This document shows, in pieces, positions 54,801-64,000 of a DNA stretch of 64,000 nucleotides (position 1 is its first letter; every line of letters starts with the position of its first letter). The notes beneath the pieces were generated by a model that saw nothing but the letters and a program-made list of their open reading frames with translations, was not told the DNA's origin and made no database searches. This DNA comes from Eledone cirrhosa. Lineage: Eukaryota. Where the stretch lies: assembly GCA_964016885.1 (NCBI GenBank), contig OZ024743.1:81220001-81284000 (forward strand), read 5' to 3'. The position numbers and the translations under genes are program-made.

Positions 54801-57800
54801 CAGCTGAACCTAACCCCAGTGTCATGTACCAAGTGAACCTAACCCGAATGTCATGTACCAACTGAACCTAACCCAATTGTCATGTACCAACTGAACCTAA
54901 CCCAAGTGTCACGTACCAACTGAACCTAACACGAATGTCATGTACCAACTGAACCTAATCCAAGTGTCATGTACCAACTGAACCTAACCCAAGTGTCATG
55001 TACCAACTGAACCTAACCCAAGTGTCATGTACCAAGTGAACCTAACCCGAATGTCATCTACCAATTGAACATAACCCGAATGTCATGTACCAACTGAATG
55101 TAACACGAATGTCATGTACCAACTGAACCTAACCCGAGTGTCATGTACCAACTGAACCTAACCCGAATGTCATGTACCAACTGAACCTAACCGGAGTGTC
55201 ATGTACCAATTGAACCTAACCCAAGTGTCATGTACCGAATTAAACTAACCCAAGTGTCATGTACCAACTGAACCTAACCCAAGTGTCATCTACCAACTGA
55301 ACCTAACCCGAATGTCATGTACCAACTGAACCTAACCCGAGTGTCATGTACCAATTGAACCTAACCCGAGTGTCATGTACCAACTGAACCTAACCCGAAT
55401 ATCATGTACCAACTGAACCTAACCCAAGTGTCATGTACCAATTGAACCTAACCCGAGTGTCATGTACCAGCTGAACCTAACCCGAATGTCATGTACTAAA
55501 TGAACATAACCCAACTGTCATCTACCAACTGAACCTAACCCGAGTGTCATGTACCAACTGAACCTAACCTGAATGTCATGTACCTACTGAACCTAACCCA
55601 AGTGTCATGTACCAACTGAACCTAACCTGAATGTCATGTACCTACTGAACCTAACCCAAGTGTCATCTACTAATTGCACCTAATCCAAATATCATGTACC
55701 AACTGAACCTAATGCAAGTGTCATGTACCAACTGAACCTAACCCAAGAGTCATGTACCAATTGAACCTAACCCGAATGTCATGTACCAACTGAACCTAAC
55801 CCAATTGTCATGTACCAGCTGAACCTAACCCAAGTGTCATGTACCAAGTGAACCTAACCCGAATGTCATGTACCAACTGAACCTAACCCAATTGTCATGT
55901 ACCAACTGAACCTAACCCAAGTGTCACGTACCAACTGAACCTAACACGAATGTCATGTACCAACTGAACCTAATCCAAGTGTCATGTACCAACTGAACCT
56001 AACCCAAGTGTCATGTACCAACTGAACCTAACCCAAGTGTCATGTACCAAGTGAACCTAACCCGAATGTCATCTACCAATTGAACATAACCCGAATGTCA
56101 TGTACCAACTGAATGTAACACGAATGTCATGTACCAACTGAACCTAACCCGAGTGTCATGTACCAACTGAACCTAACCCGAATGTCATGTACCAACTGAA
56201 CCTAACCGGAGTGTCATGTACCAATTGAACCTAACCCAAGTGTCATGTACCGAATTAAACTAACCCAAGTGTCATGTACCAACTGAACCTAACCCAAGTG
56301 TCATCTACCAACTGAACCTAACCCGAATGTCATGTACCAACTGAACCTAACCCGAGTGTCATGTACCAATTGAACCTAACCCGAGTGTCATGTACCAACT
56401 GAACCTAACCCGAATATCATGTACCAACTGAACCTAACCCAAGTGTCATGTACCAATTGAACCTAACCCGAGTGTCATGTACCAGCTGAACCTAACCCGA
56501 ATGTCATGTACTAAATGAACATAACCCAACTGTCATCTACCAACTGAACCTAACCCGAGTGTCATGTACCAACTGAACCTAACCTGAATGTCATGTACCT
56601 ACTGAACCTAACCCAAGTGTCATGTACCAACTGAACCTAACCTGAATGTCATGTACCTACTGAACCTAACCCAAGTGTCATCTACTAATTGCACCTAATC
56701 CAAATATCATGTACCAACTGAACCTAATGCAAGTGCATGTACCAACTGAACCTAACCAAAGAGTCATGTACCAATTGAACCTAACCCGAATGTCATGTAC
56801 TAAATGAACATAACCCTAGTGTCATCTACCAACTGAACCTAACCCGAGTCTCATGTACCAACTGAACCTAACCCGGGTGTCATGTACCAACTGAACCTAA
56901 CCCGAATGTCATGTACCAACTGAACCTAACCCAGTGTCATGTACCAACTGAACCTAACCCGAATGTCATGTACCAACTGATCCTAACCTGAGTGTCATGT
57001 ACCAACTGAACCTAACCCAAGTGTCATGTACCAACTGAACCTAACCCGAGTGTCATCTACCAACTGAACCTAACCCGAGTGTCATGTCCCAACTGAACCT
57101 AACCTGAGTGTCATGTACCAATTGAACCTAGCCCGAGTGTCATGTACCAACTGAACCTAACCCAAGTGTCGTGTACCAACTGAACCTAACCCAAGTGTCA
57201 TGTACCAACTGAATCTAACCCAAGTGTCATGTACCAACTGAACCTAACCCAAGTGTCGTGTACCAACTGAACCTAACCCGAATGTCATGTACCAACTGTA
57301 CCTAACCCGAATGTCATGTACCAACTGAATCTAACCCGAATGTCATGTACCAACTGAACCTAACCCGAATGTCCTGTACCATCTGAACCTAACCAGAGTG
57401 TCATGTACCAACTGAACCTAACCCGAGTGTCATGTACCAACTGAACCTAAACCAAGTGTCATCTACCAATTGAACCTAACCCAAATGTCATCTACCATCT
57501 GAACCTAACCCAAGTGTCATCTACGAACTGAACCTAAACCGAGTGTCATGTACCAACTGAACCTAAACCGAGTGTCATGTACCAACTGAACCTAACCAAA
57601 GTGTCACGTACCAACTGAACCTAACCCGAGTATCATGTACAAACTGAACCTAACCCGAATGTCATCTATCAACTGAACCTAACCCGAGTGTCATGTACCA
57701 ACTGAACCTAACCCGAGTGTCATGTACCAACTGAACCTAACCCGAGTGTCATCTACCAACTGAACCTAACTCGAGTGTCATGTACCAACATAACCTAACC

Positions 57801-60800
57801 CCAATGTCATGTACCAATTAAACCTAACCCGAGTGTCATGTACCAACTGAACCTAACCCGAGTGTCATCTACCAACTGAACATAACCCAAGTGTCATGTA
57901 CCAATTGAACCTAACCCGAGTGTCATGTACCAACTGAACCTAACCCGAGTGTCATGTACCAACTGAACCTAACCCAAGTGTCATGTACCAACTGAACCTA
58001 ACCCGAGTGTCATGTACCAACTGAACCTAACCCGAGTGTCATGTACCAACTGAACCTAACACGAGTGTCATCTACCAACTGAACCTAACCGGAATGTCAT
58101 GTACCAACTGAACCTAACCCGAGTGTCATGTATCAACTAAACCTAACCCGAGTGTCATGTACCAACTGAACCTAACACGAGTGTCATCTACCAACTGAAC
58201 CTAACCCGATTGTCATGTACCAATTGAACCTAACCCGAGTGTCATGTACCAACTGAACCTAACCCGAGTGTCATGTACCAACTGAACCTAACCCGAATGT
58301 CATGTACCAACTGAACCTAACACGAGTCTCATGTACCAACTGAACCAAACCCGAGTGTCATCTACCAACTGAACCTAACCCGAGTGTCATCTACCAACTG
58401 AAACTAACCCGAGTGTCATGTACCAACAGAACCTAACCCGAGTGTCATGTACCAATTGAACCTAACCCGAGTGTCATGTACCAACTGAACCTAACCCGAA
58501 TGTCATGTACCAATTGAACATAACCCAAGTGTCATGTACCAACTGAACCTAACCCAAGTCTCATGTCCCAACTGAACCTAACCCGAATGTCATGTACCAA
58601 ATGAACCTAACCCGAGTGTCATGTACCAACAGAAACTAACCCGAGTGTCATGTACCAACTGAACCTAACCCGAGTGTCATGTACCAACTGAACCTAACCC
58701 AAGTGTCATGTACCAACTAAACCTAACCCGAATGTCATGTACCAATTGAACATAACCCAAGTGTCATGTACCAACTGAACCTAACCCAAGTCTCATGTCC
58801 CAACTGAACCTAACCCGAATGTCATGTACCAAGTGAACCTAAGCCGAATGTCATCTACCAACTGAACCTAACGCGAGTGTCATGTACCAACAGAACCTGA
58901 CCCAAGTCTCATGTCCCAACTGAACCTAACCCGAATGTCATGTACCAAATGAACCTAACCCGAGTGTCATGTACCAACTGAACCTAACCCGAGTGTCATC
59001 TACCAACTGAACCTAACCCAAGTGTCATCTACCAACTAAACCTAACCCGAGTGTCATGTACCAACTGAACCTAACCCGAGTGTCATATACCAACTGAACC
59101 TAACCCAAGTGTCATCTACCAACTGAACCTAACCCGAATGTCATCTACCAATTGAACCTAACCCAAGTCTCATGTACCAACTGAACCTAACCCGAATGTC
59201 ATGTACCAACTGAACCTAACCCGAGTGTCATGTACCAATTGAACCTAACCCGAGTGTCATCTACCAACTGAACCTAACCCAAGTGTCATCTACCAACTAA
59301 ACCTAACCCGAGTGTCATGTACCAACAGAAACTAACCCGAGTGTCATGTACCAACTGAACCTAACCCAAGTCTCATGTCCCAACTGAACCTAACCCAAGT
59401 GTCATGTACCAACTGAACCTAACCCAAGTCTCATGTCCCAACTGAACCTAACCCGAATGTCATGTACCAAATGAACCTAACCCGAGTGTCATGTACCAAC
59501 AGAAACTAACCCGAGTGTCATGTACCAACTGAACCTAACCCGAGTGTCATGTACCAACTGAACCTAACCCAAGTGTCATGTACCAACTAAACCTAACCCG
59601 AATGTCATGTACCAATTGAACATAACCCAAGTGTCATGTACCAACTGAACCTAACCCAAGTCTCATGTCCCAACTGAACCTAACCCGAATGTCATGTACC
59701 AAGTGAACCTAAGCCGAATGTCATCTACCAACTGAACCTAACGCGAGTGTCATGTACCAACAGAACCTGACCCAAGTCTCATGTCCCAACTGAACCTAAC
59801 CCGAATGTCATGTACCAAATGAACCTAACCCGAGTGTCATGTACCAACTGAACCTAACCCGAGTGTCATCTACCAACTGAACCTAACCCAAGTGTCATCT
59901 ACCAACTAAACCTAACCCGAGTGTCATGTACCAACTGAACCTAACCCGAGTGTCATATACCAACTGAACCTAACCCAAGTGTCATCTACCAACTGAACCT
60001 AACCCGAATGTCATCTACCAATTGAACCTAACCCAAGTCTCATGTACCAACTGAACCTAACCCGAATGTCATGTACCAACTGAACCTAACCCGAGTGTCA
60101 TGTACCAATTGAACCTAACCCGAGTGTCATCTACCAACTGAACCTAACCCAAGTGTCATCTACCAACTAAACCTAACCCGAGTGTCATGTACCAACAGAA
60201 ACTAACCCGAGTGTCATGTACCAACTGAACCTAACCCGAATGTCATGTACCAACTGAACCTAACCCGAGTGTCATGTACGAATTGAACCTAACCCAATTG
60301 TCATGTACCAACTGAACCTAACCCGAGTGTCATGTACCAACTGAACTTAACCCGAATGTCATGTACCAGATAAACCTAACCTGAGTGTCATGTACCAATT
60401 GAACCTAAACCAAGTCTCATGTACCAACTGAACCTAACCCGAGTGTCATATACCAACTGAACCTAACCCAAGTGTCATCTACCAACTGAACCTAACCCGA
60501 GTGTCATCTACCAACTGAACCTAACCCGAGTGTCATGTACCAACTGAACCTAACCCGAGTGTCATGTACCAACTGAATCTAACCCGAGTGTCATGTACCA
60601 ACTGAACCTAACCCGAGTGTCATGTACCAACTGAAACTAACCCGAGTGTCATGTACCAATTGTACCTAACCCAAGTCATCTACCAACTTAAACTAACCCA
60701 GTTGTCATTTACCAACTGAACCTAAACCAAGTGATATGTACCAACTGAACCTAACCCGAGTGTCATGTACCAACTGAACCTAACCCGAATGTCATGTACC

Positions 60801-63800
60801 AAATGAACCTAACCCGAGTGTCATATACCAATTGAACATAACCCAAGTGTCATGTACCAACTGAACCTAACCCAAGTCTCATGTCCCATCTGAACCTAAC
60901 CCAAGGGTCATGTACCGACTTAACCTAACCCGCGTGTCATGTACCAACTGAATCTAACCCGAGTGTCATGTACCAACTAATCTTAACCCGAATATCATGT
61001 ACCAACTGAATCTAACATGAGTGTCATGTACCAACTGAACCTAACCCGAAATTCATCTACCAACTGAACCTAACCCGAGTGTCATGTACCAATTGAACCT
61101 AACACGAGTGTCATGTACAAACTGAACCTAACCCGAGTGTCATGTACCAAGTGAACCTAACCCAAGTTTCGTGTACCAACTGAACCTGACCCGAATGTCA
61201 TGTACCAACTGAACGTAACCCGAATGTCATGTACCAACTGAACCAAACCCGAGTGTCATCTACCAACTGAACCTAACCCGAGTGTCATCTACCAACTGAA
61301 ACTAACCCGAGTGTCATGTACCAACAGAACCTAACCCGAGTGTCATGTACCAATTGAACCTAACCCGAGTGTCATGTACCAACTGAACCTAACCCGAATG
61401 TCATGTACCAATTGAACATAACCCGAGTGTCATGTACCAACAGAAACTAACCCGAGTGTCATGTACCAACTGAACCTAACCCGAGTGTCATGTACCAACT
61501 GAACCTAACCCAAGTGTCATGTACCAACTAAACCTAACCCGAATGTCATGTACCAATTGAACATAACCCAAGTGTCATGTACCAACTGAACCTAACCCAA
61601 GTCTCATGTCCCAACTGAACCTAACCCGAATGTCATGTACCAAGTGAACCTAACCCGAATGTCATCTACCAACTGAACCTAACGCGAGTGTCATGTACCA
61701 ACAGAACCTGACCCAAGTCTCATGTCCCAACTGAACCTAACCCGAATGTCATGTACCAAATGAACCTAACCCGAGTGTCATGTACCAACTGAACCTAACC
61801 CGAGTGTCATCTACCAACTGAACCTAACCCAAGTGTCATCTACCAACTAAACCTAACCCGAGTGTCATGTACCAACTGAACCTAACCCGAGTGTCATATA
61901 CCAACTGAACCTAACCCAAGTGTCATCTACCAACTGAACCTAACCCGAATGTCATCTACCAATTGAACCTAACCAAGTCTCATGTACCAACTGAACCTAA
62001 CCCGAATGTCATGTACCAACTGAACCTAACCCGAGTGTCATGTACCAATTGAACCTAACCCGAGTGTCATCTACCAACTGAACCTAACCCAAGTGTCATC
62101 TACCAACTAAACCTAACCCGAGTGTCATGTACCAACAGAAACTAACCCGAGTGTCATGTACCAACTGAACCTAACCCGAATGTCATGTACCAACTGAACC
62201 TAACCCGAGTGTCATGTACGAATTGAACCTAACCCAATTGTCATGTACCAACTGAACCTAACCCGAGTGTCATGTACCAACTGAACTTAACCCGAATGTC
62301 ATGTACCAGATAAACCTAACCTGAGTGTCATGTACCAATTGAACCTAAACCAAGTCTCATGTACCAACTGAACCTAACCCGAGTGTCATATACCAACTGA
62401 ACCTAACCCAAGTGTCATCTACCAACTGAACCTAACCCGAGTGTCATCTACCAACTGAACCTAACCCGAGTGTCATGTACCAACTGAACCTAACCCGAGT
62501 GTCATGTACCAACTGAATCTAACCCGAATGTCATCTACCAATTGAACATAACCCGAGTGTCATGTACCAACTGAACCTAACCCGAGTGTCATGTACCAAC
62601 TGAACCTAACCCGAGTGTCATGTACCAACTGAACCTAACCCGAGTGTCATGTACCAACTGAAACTAACCCGAGTGTCATGTACCAATTGTACCTAACCCA
62701 AGTCATCTACCGACTTAAACTAACCCAGTTGTCATTTACCAACTGAACCTAAACCAAGTGATATGTACCAACTGAACCTAACCCAAGTGTCATGTACCAA
62801 CTGAAACTAACCGGAGTGTCATGTACCAATTGAACCTAACCCAAGTGTCATGTACCGACTTAACCTATCCCAAGTGTCATGTACCAACTGAACCTAACCC
62901 GAGTGTCACGTACCAACTGAACCTAACCCGAATGTCATGTACCAACAGAAACTAACCCAAGTGTCATGTACCAACTGAACCTAACCCGAGTGTCATGTAC
63001 CAACTGAACCTAACCCAAGTGTCATCTACCAACTGAACCTAACCCGAAGGTCATCTACCAATTGAACCTAACCCAAGTCTCATGTACCAACTGAACCTAA
63101 CCCGAATGTCATGTACCAACTGAACCTAGCCCGAGTGTCATGTACCAACTGAACCTAACCCGAGTGTCATGTACCAACTGAACCTAACCCGAGTGTCATG
63201 TACCAATTGAACCAAACCCAAGTCTCATGTACCGACTGAACCTAACCCGAATGTCATGTACCAACTGAACCTACCCCAAGTGTTATGTACCAACTGAACC
63301 TAACACGATTGTCATCTACCAACAGAACCTAACCCGAGTGTCATGTACCAACTGAACCTAACCCGAATGTCATGTACCAATTGAACCTAACCCGAGTGTC
63401 ATGTACCAACTGAACCTAACCCGAAAGTCATGTACCAACTTAAACTAACCCAAGTGTCATGTACCAACTGGACCTAACCCGAGTGTCATGTACGAATTGA
63501 ACCTAACCCAATTGTCATGTACCAACTGAACCTAACCCGAGTGTCATGTACCAACTGAACCTAACCCGAATGTCATGTACCAAATAAACCTAACCCGAGT
63601 GTCATGTACCAATTGAACCTAAACCAAGTCTCATGTACCAACTGAACCTAACCCGAGTGTCATCTACCAACTGAACCTAACCCAAGTGTAATCTACCAAC
63701 TGAACATAACCCGAGTGTCATCTACCAACTGAACCTAACCCGAGTGTCATGTACCAACTGAACCTAACCCGAGTGTCATGTACCAATTGAACCTAACCCA

Positions 63801-64000
63801 AGTGTCATGTACCAACTGAATCTAACCCAAGTGTCATCTACCAACTGAACATAACCCGAGTGTCATCTACCAACTGAACCTAACCCGAGTGTCATGTACC
63901 AACTGAACCTAACCCGAGTGTCATGTACCAACTGAAACTAACCCGAGTGTCATGTACCAATTGAACCTAACCCAAGTCATCTACCGACTTAAACTAACCC
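9866..64000. repeat. 29-bp satellite DNA array, >54 kb, about 1,870 monomers, consensus GTGTCATGTACCAACTGAACCTAACCCGA; continues past the window end
   Basis: Head-to-tail monomers in one orientation with no foreign insertion or inversion seen. Common variants: CCCGAG/CCCAAG/CCCGAA, CATGTA/CATCTA, AACTG/AATTG. Rare 20-, 27-, 28- and 30-bp monomers. No ORFs are listed in this region. Confidence 0.99.

Noticed and set aside
9866-64000. CRISPR array (29-bp repeat length)
   Set aside because: Monomers are contiguous with no unique spacers, there are no cas genes, and the context is eukaryotic.
9866-64000. True telomere tract
   Set aside because: Only one 8-bp telomere-like motif per 29 bp; no (TTAGGG)n run.
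9866-64000. Nucleosome-length periodicity (5x29=145, 6x29=174)
   Set aside because: Arithmetic coincidence; no dominant 5-mer or 6-mer HOR was seen.

Overview
Eukaryotic, repeat-dominated, apparently non-genic DNA. The interspersed repeats resemble octopus (coleoid cephalopod) SINEs as I recall them; this was not database-checked. Layout: (i) 1-2770, a 42-bp minisatellite that produces all the long ORFs in the track; (ii) 2770-9865, an AT-rich spacer with decayed mobile elements (four copies of one tRNA-derived SINE family, an RLE-type non-LTR retrotransposon 3' fragment, RTE-like remnants, a tiny TIR element) and compound microsatellites; (iii) 9866-64000 and beyond, a >54-kb head-to-tail array of a 29-bp satellite (GTGTCATGTACCAACTGAACCTAACCCGA, about 1,870 copies) containing a telomere-like CCTAACCC motif. 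Most interesting: the satellite begins without any gap inside a tRNA-type SINE head (A box, B box, then ttgggcgagtgtc), suggesting it was born from a SINE. Diagnostic variants also show nested higher-order periods (87, 116, about 1.5k, 2.0k, 2.5k, 4.9k, 16k and 39k bp). No convincing protein-coding gene was found.
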